DNA of 64,000 nt, taken from NCBI GenBank assembly GCA_038087875.1, contig CM075978.1, positions 98,022,001 to 98,086,000 on the forward strand, written 5' to 3'. Source of the DNA: Malacoraja senta (taxonomy: Eukaryota). The stretch's first letter is position 1, and each line of letters begins with the position of its first letter. The position numbers and the translations under genes were made by a program. The notes under the pieces are model-generated. The model was not told the DNA's origin and searched no databases. It saw nothing but the letters and a program-made list of their open reading frames with translations. Positions 11,698 to 25,704 of this stretch are shown piece after piece.

Positions 11698-13249
11698 TAC
11701 ATCAATCGATTTGATATGTATAGCATATGCATATGTTATATATATTTGATATAGAAAGCAGGCTTGAGAGAAAGAAATGACTTTGAATCCATGTTTCTAC
11801 CAGTTTTCTTTTTAAATTTTCAGCGTCTGGTAATCAAGATGGATTAGTCAGCAACTTTGATGTTGTTCTAATTCTTGCTCTCTTGTGACCATAATATTTT
11901 GATGATGAACAAGGTGGATGATGGTTATCTGTATTCTAATGGTTCAATGGTAACTAGTTGCTCCTATATACTTATTTTCATATAATAAAGTGAATCAGAG
12001 TTAGGAAACAACATTATCATACCGCAGGGCAGATATGTATTGAAGACTCCCAGTTCTGGGAGAAACGGATAATCAGCTTTGAATGGTTCTGACAAAATCA
12101 AGGCAGTAGGTCAATTGACCCCCATATCAGATAAAGTCTGCTGCGGCTGTTGCTCTGCGGAACAAAAAGACCCACCAAGTGGCCTGGCCAAGCAAATTGA
12201 CCAAACTACTTGCCCATAACACTTTATAAATCAGAGACTAGTTTCCTTCTTGATAATCCCTTAAGAATAGAATACAAAATCTCAAATTCTAGTCCTCTTG
12301 CTTAGGTCTGTTCATTCCTCCCCTTCCAACAACCCCTGACATTAAAAAGTCACTAACCCCTTCCGATTCTTATATCCTATAAGCTTTCCTCCAACTCTTG
12401 ACCCTCATGCTGCCACCTTTTTGCCCAATCACTGGCAACTGTGACTTCAGTAGAAGACTACACACCAAACCACATAACCTCAACTCCTATTTGGCCAAGT
12501 CCTCTTGAGACTCTGCTATGTATCCCCCTCCCAATATTCTCTTCTACAATCTGACAATTACATGAGAAATAAAATAAATAAAAAGCAGGTTTTAGTCATG
12601 TTGCACCCGTTGCAGCTAAAATTGGTTACCACAAATGTGAAAGGAACAATGTACTACCTAGAACCAAATAAAATCACAAGGGTCTACTGACTGATTGTGA
12701 GACAAACAGATAAACACTCATACAGAGTCACAAGAAACTACAGATGCTGGAATCTGGAGCAAAACACAAAAATGTTGGAGGAACTGAATGGTCATGCAGT
12801 ATCTGTGAAGGGAATGGACAGATGACATTTTGGTTTGGGACCCTTCATCGGTTTAAAGGAGGGTTCCAACCTGAAACCATCTGTCCATTCCTTCCACAGA
12901 TGCTGTCTGACCCACTGAATTCCTCCAGCATTTTGTGCTTAACATTCAAATATATGGACCACCCAATTGACATGGTTATTCTTTTTCTGCAGCTAGATCT
13001 CAACCAAGCATAACTAAGTCTCACTCTGAAGGAAAAGGTTTCCCCAAGAGTGTGTTGCTGTGTATTCTGAGAATTGGGTACTGCAGTCAGGCTGTGTGAC
13101 AGTTCAGATGTAACTGGCGTAATATAAACATGGACTTACTTGTTCACCTTCAATGCATAAACTAGGTCAACATTAATATCCAGTTAAAGTACAGGCCAAC
13201 CGATAATTTAGCAGCGCCTGTTAAACAAATCGATTCAAACAATACTTAC

Positions 13250-13283
13250 GGATGGCGTCCATCTCCAGAATTGCTTGTTTAGC
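13250..13283 (-). CDS. PLEKHG1: PLEKHG1 mini-exon (34 nt)
   Basis: ttacag|AKQAILEMDAI(H)|gtaagt; phase 0 to 1. Confidence 0.93.
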
Positions 13284-14319
13284 CTGTAAATAAAAACATT
13301 TATTATTTAGCCACTAAACAAAACTGAGCCAACTATCAACTACAAGTTGCTGACGCCAGAAACGGGAGCAGCTGAAAGCAACCGTATAGTTACATTTGTG
13401 CAGATCCCACCCTTCAGAAACATACAAGAGACGCAAGGGTTTGAAGTGAGTAAACAGAGCTCAGGAAACAAGGCCAGACTTGAATGGAAACAAAGCTTAA
13501 AAAGGTGAACAATTTCAAAAACCATTAAGAGGTATCAGCATCAACCTTGATTATTTTGTCTATCCACAGCAGACACTGAGCCAGCATTATGTAATTAAAA
13601 ATAAATCAAGTTTGTGACAAAAATAATTACCAGATAAACTATAACCAGAGGTTATAGCCAGGTGGATGCGGCAAACATATAATCCTACGTGGAACAAAGG
13701 TCTCCTAAATAATTTGCCTTTGGCTGCGCAATTAGCAGCTATCATTTCACAAATTGGAATAACAAACTAAGACTCCAGACACCATTTTCTGCCTGTGTTC
13801 ATGCCAGAGCTTGTGGTCTTAGTGCATAGTGGATTTATTTCACTCCTACAGCATAACTGGTCTACATGCAAACTCAATCTGCGGTTACCACCAGGTTCAA
13901 GGCAAGGATTCCAGAAAGACTTAATCTGGATCAACGTGTCATTTGCAAGCCAGGTAATAACATTTCCACACAATTGATTAATGGCCGTCAGTGACATCTG
14001 CAAGAGAACAGATGCAATTGTTCTAATGACTGGAATTTTAAGTGTGAGTGAGGCAAGACCTTTACTATACACCAGTGTTCCCTTTGCTATTTTATATTGG
14101 TACAAAAGGTCCTTCTCAGAGGCAGGTTCTGCACACAAAAAAACTGGCCACATCTTCTAATGGCCAGTATCCAGTAATTGCAGCCAGAATTATTCACCAT
14201 ATTGGGTGTATTCTTGGTTCTTAGATACACAGGTATTCATGGCTCACATAAATAACGTGGTACCTGCATCCCAATGAGGACTAGGCAGTTGAAGTCTGAC
14301 CCAAGTCATTTGCTCCTCA

Positions 14320-15432
14320 TACAGTTATACAGCGTGGCAACAGGCCTTTCGGCCCAACTTTCCTACAACAACCATCATGCCCCATCTACACTAGTCCCAA
14401 CTACCTACGTTTGGCTCATATCCCTGTAAACCTGTCCTATCCATGTACCTGCCAAATGTTGTTTAAACATTGTGATATTGTGATCGCACGTACCTCAACT
14501 ACCTCCTCCGGCAGCTCATTCCATATACCTACCTTCCTTTGTGTAAAAATGTTGCCCCTTAGGTTCCTATTAAATCTTTCCCCCTAACCTTAAACCTATG
14601 TCCTGTGGTTGTCAATTCCCCTACTCTACCATTTACTCTTTCTATTCCTCACATGATCTTATACACACCCCTATAAGAACACCCCTCTTCCTCCTGTGCT
14701 CCAAGGAATAAAGTCCTAGCCTGCTCAACCTCTTCCTGTAGCTCAGGCCTTCTAGTCCTGACAACATCTCGTAAATATTCGCCGCATCCTTTCCAACTTA
14801 GGAACATCTTTCCTATAACAGGGTGACCAAAACTGAACACAAGACTCCAAATTTGGCCTCACCAATGCCTTGTACAACTGTGACATGACCTCCCAACTTC
14901 TACACTCAATACTCTGACTGATGAAGGTCAATGTGCCTAAAGCCTTCTTGACCACCCTATCTACCTGTGATGCCATTTTAAAGGAACTGTGCTCCTGTAC
15001 TCGTAGATCCCTCCGTTCTACCACAATCCGCAGAGCATTGCCATTCACTGTCAATCAAATGCAACACTTCTCTGTATTAAACTCCATCAACTATTCCTCA
15101 GCCCACCTGTCCAACTGATCAAGATCCTGCTGCAATTTTTAACAACCATCTTCACTATCTACAATAACACCTGCTTTAGTATAATTTGCAAACTTACTGA
15201 TCATCCCTGGTATGTTCTCATCCAAAACATTGATATAGGTGACAAACAGCAATGGGCTAGCATTGATCCCTGAGGAACACCACAAGTCATGGGCCTCCAG
15301 TCTGAAAAACAACCTTCCACCTTCACACACTGCTTCCTTCCATGAAGCCAATTTTCTATCCAGCCGGCTAGCTCGCCTTGGATCCAATGCAATCTAACAT
15401 TCCAGAGCCTACCATGCTGAACCTTGTCAAAA
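14320..15432 (-). mobile_element. CR1 LINE RT/3' fragment (frameshifted)
   Basis: CGVPQGSML, ISKFANYTK (degenerate FADD), LYKALVRPNLESCVQFWSP. Confidence 0.88.
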
Positions 15433-15651
15433 TCACTCTGTCCTACAGCTGAAATTATTTTGGATTCAGTTTAAAGGTGTCAAATTTCAATGGGTTGCTG
15501 CGGAACACTACACGAACCAGCTGCCTCATCTGAGCATAGGTCAGAGCCAGTATCTATCGAACAGTAATTATCTACCGTCTACAGTAATTAGAGGATTGTT
15601 TTACGCTAAGCTTGAAAATAACCAAAGTGAATATCTATTTCAGAAAACATG

Positions 15652-15982
15652 GGCGGCACAGTGGTGCAGCTGGTAGAGCTGCTGCCTCGCAGCACCAGAC
15701 ACCCAGATTCAATCCTGGCCTAGAGGTCTACCTGTGTGGAGTTTGCACGTTCTCCCTTTAACCACATGGCTTTCCTCTGGATGCTCCTAGTTTCTTCCCA
15801 CATCCCAAAAATATGTGGGTCTGTTGGTTAATTATCTTCTGTAAATTGCCCCTACCTAATGTGTAGGGTGTGATGTGAAAGTGGTCAAACATAGAACTAG
15901 TGTGAACGGGTAATTGATGGTTGGTGTAGACCTGGTGGGCTGAAGGGCCTGTTTCCGTGCTGTATCTATAAATTTAACTAAA
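15652..15982 (+). mobile_element. HE1-type tRNA-derived SINE
   Basis: ggcggcacagtggtgcagctggtagag head through gaagggcctgtttccgtgctgtatct tail. Confidence 0.85.
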
Positions 15983-16122
15983 CCTTATTGTCAACACAAC
16001 TCAGGCACATTTTCACATTCAGACTCTTTGATGCATTTGGTGTCAGAACAGATTATTAACTTTAAATTTAGTATAAAAGGTCCCTAAAGAATATGAGAAC
16101 CTAGGGTTATCCTACTTCACAC

Positions 16123-16209
16123 CTTGGCAGGGATCTTGGCTGGATGATTTTCAAGAATAAGCCTCTTCAGATGAAGAATCCAAAGCCTCTTGTCCTGCAT
16201 TGACTTGGC
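16123..16209 (-). CDS. PLEKHG1: PLEKHG1 exon, PH domain C-terminal helix (87 nt)
   Basis: tttcag|[29 protein letters not shown]|gtgtga; contains the conserved PH Trp. Confidence 0.95.
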
Positions 16210-17179
16210 CTGAAAGAAAATATGACAAGCATGAAGAGAATTTGGGATGATTTGATGTCATATAGTAACACCTTCAGAAAGGAACTAACTTCATTCATAA
16301 TTCCACATCACATTTTATCAGAGCTAAGGGACTCTTCAACTGGCCCTTTCCTCATACTTACCAATCATAACCCCACGCAAAAGTTTAAGACATAGATTTG
16401 TATATTATTCATATTACAAGCATACCAATGATACAAACTGCTGGACTTTGCAGCAGGTCGGGCAGCATCTCTGGAGAACATGGATAGGTGACGTTTCAGG
16501 TTGGAACTTTGTGTCCTTTTGTGTAAAGCAACTTCTACAGTTCCTTGTTTCCACAAATATACCAAGGGATTGTCGATAAAAGGTGGACAATTGGATTTGG
16601 GAAACAGATCAACCACCATCTAATCAATGGTAGATCACGTCTGAGGGAATAAATACCCTGTTCTTACTCTTATGCAAATGTGATTTCATTTATGGAGACG
16701 CAAGGAACTGCAGATGTTGGAATCTTAAGCACAAAAAAAAAGAGCTGGAGGAATTTAGCAGTTCAGGCAGCATCTGTGGAGGGAAATGGACAGACGGTAT
16801 TTTGGGTCAAGACTCTTTTTCAGACTGAATATCTTGATCGGAAACATCGTCTGTCCAGTTCCCTCCACAGTTAACCCGCTGAGTTCCCCCAGCTTATGAT
16901 TTGAATTATTATTATAAAAAATATACATTCAAGTAAATGCCTGGCCTATTTCTGGAACCCAATCAGAACTTCCTTTTCCACTTCATGAAGCACTGGTAGC
17001 TGAATCTTCGTACTTTAACCCATATAAGAGGACAGTCCTTTTTGTGGAATAACTTGCATACATTAGAAAAATTACAAAGAAATGTCAAAATGTAAACACT
17101 AAATCAGAAAAAAGATTGGAGAAACAAGCTGAAATGCTGAGAGAAGGAACTTATTATGCATGCTTCAGGGTGAGTAATT

Positions 17180-17830
17180 TAGGCTTTCCAATATTGGTAT
17201 TGGTTCATTACTGTCTCATGTAATGAGATACAATGAACACCTGATTTGCGTGCAAGATCAAGTGAGTGAATAATTCATGAGTGACTCATCACCTGATGAG
17301 TACATCACGTAGTGCAAAATATATAAAAAAAATTAAAAGAGTGCAGAATATAGTGTTACAATGCACAAAGAAATTGCAGTAGAAAGAAGAACAAGAGTCA
17401 CAATGCGGTAGATCGGGAGATCAGGACGACAGCCTGAGCATGTCAATAGTCTGATAACAGCAGGGAAGAGCTTTTCATCAATCTGATAATTCATGCTTTC
17501 ATGCTTTGTATCTTCTGCCCGATGGGAGTAAGAAGAAGAGGTAATGACTGGGGTGTGAGGTAAGTGATCTGTGATTATGTTGGCTGCTTTCCCAAGGCAT
17601 CGTGAAATGTAGATGGTTTTGAGGGTGTGGGTGGCTGCATACTCTGCAACTTCTTGCATTCTTGGGCAGAGCGGATGCCAAACCAAGTTGTGATGCATCC
17701 TGATAGGATGCTTTCTGCAGCACGTCAGTAGAAATTGGTAAGAGTCATTGGAGACATGCCAAATTTCCCTAATCTTCTGAGGAGGAAGATGTGGCGTTGG
17801 TGTGCTTTCTTGGTTGTAGCGTCAATGTTT
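17180..17830 (-). mobile_element. Rex1/Babar-type LINE 3' fragment (degenerate)
   Basis: SRCLGKAANII..HPSHYLFFLLPSGRRYK on the minus strand; another degenerate copy lies at about 20290-20840 (+). Confidence 0.7.
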
Positions 17831-17940
17831 GTATAGCACTACAGCTGCTGCCAGGAAACACCTTCTCATCTCCTGCCTGCTGTTTATTCATGAAGCCATA
17901 CCACGCTTACCCTGTAGAACACAACGAGAGGTTGTCCTAC

Positions 17941-18036
17941 CTGGACTGTATGCTGCATTTTGGGATTCTTGTAGTGGAAAACACTGAAACCAAGAGGCTC
18001 CTTCGGTATAACCTCCACAAGCATCAAGTTACAACA
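17941..18036 (-). CDS. PLEKHG1: PLEKHG1 exon, PH domain (96 nt)
   Basis: ttccag|[32 protein letters not shown]|gtagga; phase 0/0. Confidence 0.96.
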
Positions 18037-18564
18037 CTGGAAAGGGAGAGAACATGACCACTTTAATTCAACCACAGCTCAATCTTTTATTTACACATTT
18101 TATTAGCTTCCACACAAACACACACACACATTTCAACTGGCAGCTGAGAAAAAAAAGATCCAACAAGTAGCATAAAATCGGAGCATCAAGGTCAAAAGTA
18201 TTGGTTTTACATTGTGCATTTACATATCCCAGCGTGTCATTAGGAGGAACACTCAGACCAAAGTCATCTCAAAGCCACATTAGACTACGTGACCTGCCTT
18301 GGCCTTTGTAGATTTTGTGTTTGGGGGAAGGAAGGAGAGCCAGGATTCCAGGAGGAAAGTGCAGATGGCTAATAGCATGGCTGCCAGTGGTGGCATATAA
18401 AGTTGTAGGTTTAGAAGAGACCAAAATGAAAGAATCGCAGAACATTTCAGGCCTCACAGTTATTTCAGATATAAGTCATTGATGGTGCAATAAGCATTTG
18501 AGCAAAGGATGAAAATCTTAAATTTGGGGTGACTGGGCTGGGCGGCAAAGTAGCACAGCTAGCA

Positions 18565-18872
18565 GACGGTCGCGCTGGCGCAGCGGTAGAGCTGCTGCCT
18601 TGGAGCAAATGCAGCGCCGGAGACCCAGGTTCGATCCTGACTACGGGTGCTGTCTGGACGGAGTTTGCACGTTCTCCCCGTGGGTTTTCTCCGAGATCTT
18701 CGGTTTCCTCCCACACTCCAAAGACGTAAAGGTTTGTAGGTTAATTGGCTTGGTAAATGTAAAAATTGTCCCTAGTGTGTGGAGATAGTGTTAGTGTGTG
18801 GGGATCGCTGGTCGGCGCGGACCCGGTGGGCCGAAGGGCCTGTTTCCGCACTGTATCTCTAAATTAAACTAA
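18565..18872 (+). mobile_element. HE1-type SINE (young), nested in an older SINE (about 18540-19080)
   Basis: TGGCGCAGCGGTAGAG A-box, GGTTCGATCC B-box, CpG-rich; the older copy resumes at about 18875. Confidence 0.85.
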
Positions 18873-19804
18873 AAACCTACTGTCTCACAGCTCCAAAGCC
18901 GTGTGTGTGGTGTTTGCACTCTCCCACTGTAACCACTGGGCTTCATCTGGGTGTTCCAGTGTTTTCCCACATCCCAAAAGATGCGTGGATTGGTGGGATA
19001 ATTGGCCGCTGCATATCACCCTATGTAGATGGGTGGTAGAATCCGAGGGGAATGGGTGAGGATGCGAGGAGAATAGGTTATATGTAAATTAGGAATAGTA
19101 TCACAGGTCTGCCCCAATGCACAATAGGATTCCATTCTGTGGAATTCTCTGCCTCAGAGGGCGGTGGAGGCAGGTTCTCTGGATACTTTCAAGAGAGAGC
19201 TAGATAGGGCTCTTCAAAATAGCAGAGTCAGGGGATATGGGGAGAAGGCAGGAACGGGGTACTGATTGGGGATGATCAGCGAAGGGCCAAATGGCCTACT
19301 CCTGCACCTATTGTCTATTGTCTATTCCTGAGAGCTGTTTGTAATCCAAGTGGGAAATGCAGTCACAAACTGGGTCCCCACGTGGCTGAAGATGTCTGCA
19401 AGCATAAAGCAGCCAGTAATCCATCCCATGGTCTCTCAAAAGTTTGTTCATATGTATGGGCTGTACACAAGTTGTGCATTTGTAACCTGGATAGTACCTG
19501 TACTTTATAAGCTAGCATGGATTCATTGGGCTGAATGGTCTCCCCCTACATCGTATCCAGATATTGCGAGTGGGCATTGAGGCGTTCAGTTACCAGAAGC
19601 TGGTGAATTATCTATTGTTTAAATGGATAACGTAGGATGAAAGAATAAAAATGAGGGTGGAACTCTGCTTACTGATGTTGCAGATGGCTGCAAAGCAAGC
19701 CTTTCAGGGGAACATTTCTAGTCCAGGATAATACTTCCAAAAGCAAACCATAGAACTTTCAGGTAAAAAGCAGAGGACCCATATTAAAATAAAACAGTTC
19801 TTAC

Positions 19805-19987
19805 CAAAATATGAGCTTTATAAGCATATGTTTCTTCCCTTTTTTTAGTGATGAGAAGAAGTTTATCTAAAAGAAACAAAGTGCGTTCATTTTTGGCCCG
19901 CTGAAAGCGGAATGTTCCCTCTAAGACCAGCTCTCCATAGCTGGTCAAGTCTGGACCTTTCCAATTTGTCAGCAGGCTTTGTATCTC
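19805..19987 (-). CDS. PLEKHG1: PLEKHG1 exon, PH domain (183 nt)
   Basis: gttaag|[61 protein letters not shown]|gtaaga; phase 0/0. Confidence 0.96.
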
Positions 19988-20847
19988 CTTAACAAGAACA
20001 CAGATAAATAATCAAACAGCAGCAGTAATAAAACAGATCTAATGCAATCAAAACACTGCAACTGGAATAACCCTTCCCAACCAGCAGACCTTTGTCAGTT
20101 AGAATTGGTCATAACATTTCCTCCACCCCAACCATCTACACAGGTGCCTCTCAGGATTGTGTGCCCAGTCCCTAGCTCAACTCCCTGCTCACCACCAACT
20201 GTGTGGCAAAGTACAATTCCAACTTTATCTTTAATTGCACCTGAATAACAATGAAAGAAAAGTACAGGAAGAACCTTGTGCCTTAGTGTCAGGCCGGCAA
20301 CCCAACCCTAAATGTAAGCAAAACAAAAGAGTTTGTTGGTGACCCGAGGAAATGAGGAGGTGAACCTATCGTCATCAGCGGAGCTGCTGTAAAGATGGAC
20401 AACAGTTTCAAGTTCTTCTTGAACCATATCACTGGCAACATAACCTGGTCTCTTCACAATGATGCGGTGATCAAGAAAGAGCATCATCGCATTTACTTCC
20501 TTAGGCATCTGAGAAGATTCAACGTGTTCACAAGAATACCCTCGAACCTCTTGATGTTTTGTAAAAAAGTATTCGATCGGGATATCCCTCAGCCTCAATA
20601 GCAATTGCTCCGTTCTTGACTGTCCGAACCTACAGAAAGGCAAATACAGCCCTGCCCATCATGTTTACATCACTTCCTTCCATCTGGTCTCTCTTCACGG
20701 TGCATTGCTTCAGGAAGGTTGGTCATATGGCAAGGATTCCCACTACCATAGCCATTCCACTTTCTCACTTCTACATTCTGGGAGAAGATACAGGAGCTTG
20801 AATGCTCAGAGTAGCTTCTTCCCACCGCTATCAAATATGGAACTTTT

Positions 20848-21118
20848 AGTTTAATTTAGTTTTGAGATGGCCCTTCAGCCCACCATGTCCACACCTACCA
20901 GTGATCACCCATATGCTATAATTCTATCTGGACACTAGGGAAAATTTACAGAAGGCAATTAACCTACAAACCTGCACATCTTTGGAATGTGAGGAATCAG
21001 AGCACCCGGAGAAAACACATACAAACTCCATACGGATAGTAGCCGTAGTCAGGATTAAACCTCGGTCTCTGACCCAGTAAGGCAGCAACACTACCACTGC
21101 ACCACCGTCCTGCCCCAC
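20848..21118 (-). mobile_element. HE1-type SINE
   Basis: Reverse complement of the family consensus. Confidence 0.8.
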
Positions 21119-23052
21119 CGTCTTTCACCATTTTGCATTTGTTATTTTATCTATTGCTCTACCTTTCATTACTCTGCAGGTTTCGTGTAAAGTAGGAATT
21201 TCATTGTACTGTGGTGTATATGACAATCAACTAATCTGAATCTAATCTGAATCAGAGACCCATTCCATCATTTAATAAGATCAAGACCGAACTACATCTT
21301 CAAGTTAATTACTTTCCTTGATTTTAGATTCCTTAAATATATTATATTTTATCCTAGTAAAATCCAATGTTCTCAGTTTTGAAATCTGCAAAACATTTAA
21401 GCAGCTAATCTATTACCCATAGCTTAATTTTTGCTTTTGGAATGCTTTGGACAATGTTTATGTGTGGCTTTTTATTATTGTCAGAGGTTATGGGGAGAAA
21501 GCAGGAGAATGGGGTTTGGAGGGAGAGATAGATCAGCCATGATTGAATGGCAGAGTAGACGTGAAGGGCCGAATTGGCCTAATTCTGCTCCTATCTCTTA
21601 CGTATGATCTTTTGATTTTGATGGCATTCACTGGCGCATTACGTGAACTAGCACACACAGGAGTCCACATTTTGGCGGAATCAGCTCCCAAACCATGGAA
21701 CATACCAACCTGCCCATAAAGGAGCAAGACTGACTGAACTTTATTGCCTTCCGTCACAGTGATCACTGTGGTGGATGTTTATGTTAAGTTCTATCATTCT
21801 TTTTAATTGTGTTGTGTTTTTTTAATTGTATGGCTGCATGGTAACTCAAATATCACTGTACCTCAATTGGTGCATATGACAATAAATGTGAATCTGAATC
21901 TGAAGATCCACTGCCGCCAGGATCTTATTCCTCTGCTAGGCTTTGCAGGAAGCCACTGAGCAGATTAATCACAGTACAAGGCTTTTTATGACCCATGAAT
22001 GGAAAATGTGTCGGTATGAAGCTGGACTTATTATTTACATTTAGGGGTTGCCACGTTCATATTTTAAGTTTCCATCCACTTGTTCTGGACTCTGGAGGAA
22101 AGTGTGTCAATTCTTCAAACACTTTTAACGCATCCTTAATACTGGCCCTTAAAATCCATGCTCAAGGTAATGCAAGTTTAGTTTACGTACAGCTGTACTC
22201 AGTCCCTTTTAGATCCAATCTAGCATACATTATGACAATCTGCACTGCCCGCGGTATCCTTCCCACCAGGTCTATCACTGAACACTTATTCCAACTAGGA
22301 TTTAACCAGAACTCCTATTATCAATAATAAAGGAGAAACGAAGGCCACATTCTCATTGTATTTGGGAAATACACACAAACCCATTACACACCCATCTCTT
22401 GCTCACCTGTTATTAATTTGCAATTTATTCTTGCAGTCTAACCGCACCGTGGTTTCTCAAGCTATTTGAGAAATCCTATGACATCTCTCTGCTGGTTATT
22501 GCAATGGCCCATAAGATGGGTTACATGTTACCATGTTTACATATTCTGTTGTGCTACTGCAAGTAAAAGTTTCATTGTTCAGTCTGGGACATAAGACAAT
22601 AAAAGATTCTTGACCCTTGACTTGAGAGGCACTCAATTAAAAGTGTCCTTCCTAGATTATCCCCATTACTGCTCTCTATTACTCACATTAAATGGATGGA
22701 TCCTTGAGACAAGACTTTTTTGGATGAACAGGTTTACTGTGTTTTTTCAGCCAAATATTAATCTCTCAGATAACTGAGACTTTTCGGCAAAACGACGGCA
22801 TTTCAGCAAAACGACAACGTCTTTCGGATAGGAGTTTGTCTCTGGTTGATTTAAATTTACCCCATTCCCTATGGCCACTGAGGCTCATCGAAGATAAGTA
22901 TCTTCCAACACTGAACTACAAACTGGGAAGTAAATCTTCACCTGTTGGTAAATTAACAATTGGCTCCTGGGGCATGGGTACGGGCAATAAACTCTGTCTG
23001 CAGCATTATCTCCCCACATTGAATGTATTCTTTAAATCCTGTTGGCGATTAC

Positions 23053-23184
23053 CTGCAGTCTTACTGCATGCTCGTGTTTCCTCTTCATGTCATTAATGTG
23101 CCAAGCCACCCTCTGCATTGTGTCAATGGCATCCTGCACCACATCATAACACTCTGTATCCTTCTCCAGATGACTAACTATTTC
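23053..23184 (-). CDS. PLEKHG1: PLEKHG1 exon, end of DH domain (132 nt)
   Basis: ttacag|[44 protein letters not shown]|gtaatc; phase 0/0. Confidence 0.96.
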
Positions 23185-24401
23185 CTGTAAACAATAGCCA
23201 AAGGATAAAACAGATTAAAGAAACATCACAGCATAGAACTGAAATCAATGACGACCCAGTTCTCAGACAATTTATCATGGTGTGTGTTTGGTCCAGGGTG
23301 ACTTACACTATTGAGGCTGCCCAATGAGCAATGACATTTACTTCACGTTCAAAGGGAAATAAGCTTGTTGCAGATAAACAAGAAATAGGTTTAGATTGGT
23401 GATGGGAACCGGGGAGAGGTGGGGGGGGGGGGGGGGATCCGGGGAGAGGTAGGCGGATGCAGAGAAAATAACAGGCCAGCAGAACTATGGAGCCAACTTC
23501 CATTTGGAGAACAGACTCCTAAAAAGGATCACTGTCTGACAAAATCTGGACTCTGGCAAAAGGTATATGCTTTCAAAAAGATGATGTGGATGTGCAGAGA
23601 TGTTTTTACATCAAATAAATGTCTTCCCTTTACAGCACCATACAAAAATAAATCAATTTTGATTTTTCTACTTCAAAAGCAAGGAAACCAAAATACTTCC
23701 CCATCTCCATGAAGGCAATATGACCCTGTTACAAACTGTCATACTAATCTTCAAGGGTAACTAATTATCTCCACATTGATGTCATTGGTTCAGGCGTCAG
23801 AAGCCATAGACAGTTGATGAAGGGTATCAAATGATACGGTGAGAAGGCAGGAGAATGTGTTTGAGGGGGGGAAATAGATGAGCCATGATTGAATAGCAGA
23901 GCAGACTCAATGGCGAATCCCCTAATTCGGCTCCCATGCCTTATGGTCTTATGAAGATATTTTTTATGAAGCCGTTACTAAGCATTTCAATAAGTAACAC
24001 AAATAGCATTTTGGATTTTACATTCTTGCTGTCGACAGACTGATTCATGTTAAGGATACGTACTGACATGTCATATTGAACATTTGTACAAAGTGATAAA
24101 TACCCAGATTATGATTGAAACCTCTAAAAGATGAAAGCTCGAGAGACTTTGCCAAAACATACAAGGATAAATGAGGCAAATTAAGTTAGGCTGTGTTGAT
24201 CGCTTGTACTATTAACATTGCTGTACCCCTACAAATGCTGTATGTTAACAGGAGAAGACGAGGTAGACAATGATTAATTTGGGCCTGTTCCTCATATGCT
24301 TCTAATGACAAGATAACTTATAAATGAAAGGCAGCATGAATTGCCACTAAAGTCATTGCAAAGTGTTGGACTTGGACAAAAAACACCAGGTAACCACATA
24401 C

Positions 24402-24552
24402 ATGCAAGAGAAGATGATACTTTAGGATACGTTGCACAGGTTTGAGAAGGTAGGATCCCAATGGGAGTGAGTGTTTCAAGGTCTCCTGTCGCTCTCTGAA
24501 GAATTTGGCAAGCACTTTGTTCCTCATACATTCCGTTAACACGGCTACGGAC
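24402..24552 (-). CDS. PLEKHG1: PLEKHG1 exon, DH domain (151 nt)
   Basis: ttgcag|(R)[50 protein letters not shown]|gtatgt; contains the canonical Dbl-homology [11 protein letters not shown] motif. Confidence 0.97.
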
Positions 24553-24999
24553 CTGCAAGTAACATAAAATGATCAGAGGCTCTGGTAAAACCTTGGCTCT
24601 TGTACAAATATCTGGACTAATCTTCTTCATGTCGAATGTCATGATGATTCCTAAAGATGGCTACTCTCCAGAGACGCTGTTTAGTTGTTTTCCTTCTTTC
24701 TATATTTTGCTTTGTTGCTGCGACATGGAACACCAGATTTAAATATATTAAATGATATGAGCAGTATCATTGCTGCTCGTGTCTACGGAGAACACCGGAT
24801 CTCTTGTGCCACTGTTTCCCTCAAGAGCTGCAGAACATCAAGTTCCAAATCAGGCAAAATCCATGACAGAGTGCACATTCTAAACTTCGAGTGTACAATT
24901 AAAGACCTTGATAGATCAGCATATTAATCATTTATCCAAATATTTTCCACCATTTATTTAACAAACATCATGCTGTATCAGTTGTTTTGTTTTTAAAAG

Positions 25000-25510
25000 T
25001 TAGAAATTCTGGGCACCATGTTATAGAATAGATGTTGTCAAGTTGGAAAGGGTACAGAGAAGATTTACAAGGATGCTGTCAGGACTCGAGGGTCTGAATT
25101 ATAGGGAGACGTTGAGCAGGTTGTGACTATTCCCTAGAGCGCAGGAGGACAAGGGGTGATGTTATAGAGGTGTACAAAATCATGAGAGGAATAGACTGGG
25201 TAGACACACAGAGTCTCTTGCCCAGAGTAGGGGAATCAAAAACCAGAGGGCATAGGTTTAAGGTGAAGGGGAAAATATTTTATCGGAATCGGAGTGGTAA
25301 CGTTTTCACATAAAGGGTGGTGAGGAATGAGCTGCTGGAGGAAGTAGTTGAGGCAGGGATTATCACAATGTTTATGAAACATTTAGACAGGTACCTGGAT
25401 AGGACAGATTTAGAGGGATATGGCCCAAGCGCGCGCGGGTAGGTGGGACATGTTGGTTTGTGTGAGCAAGTTGGGTCGCAAGGCCTGTTTCCACACTGTA
25501 TGACACTATA
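25000..25510 (+). mobile_element. CR1 LINE 3' fragment (degenerate)
   Basis: Homologous to the 14320-14850 copy in the opposite orientation. Similar short CR1 tails occur near 2110-2600(-), 10190-10390, 19135-19325, 35670-35940(-) and 53950-54115. Confidence 0.75.
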
Positions 25511-25704
25511 AATTAGATAATAGCCAACCAACCATATAATCATTGCACAGTGGTACAGCAGTTAGTGAGCATTGTTCAATCTATTCTTCTATATCAGGTG
25601 CTGTCTGCGTGGAGTTCTCCTTGTGAATGTGTAGCACCCATCCGCGCACACCCCAAAGGCATGATGGTCGTTATTTGGCCACTGTTAATTACCCCTAATG
25701 TAAG

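Noticed and set aside
11274-11732. 152-aa ORF
   Set aside because: Artefact of translating through the N gap.
18565-18650. tRNA gene suggested by A- and B-boxes
   Set aside because: The boxes are SINE heads followed by the SINE core and tail; no complete cloverleaf is evident. The same applies to other copies.
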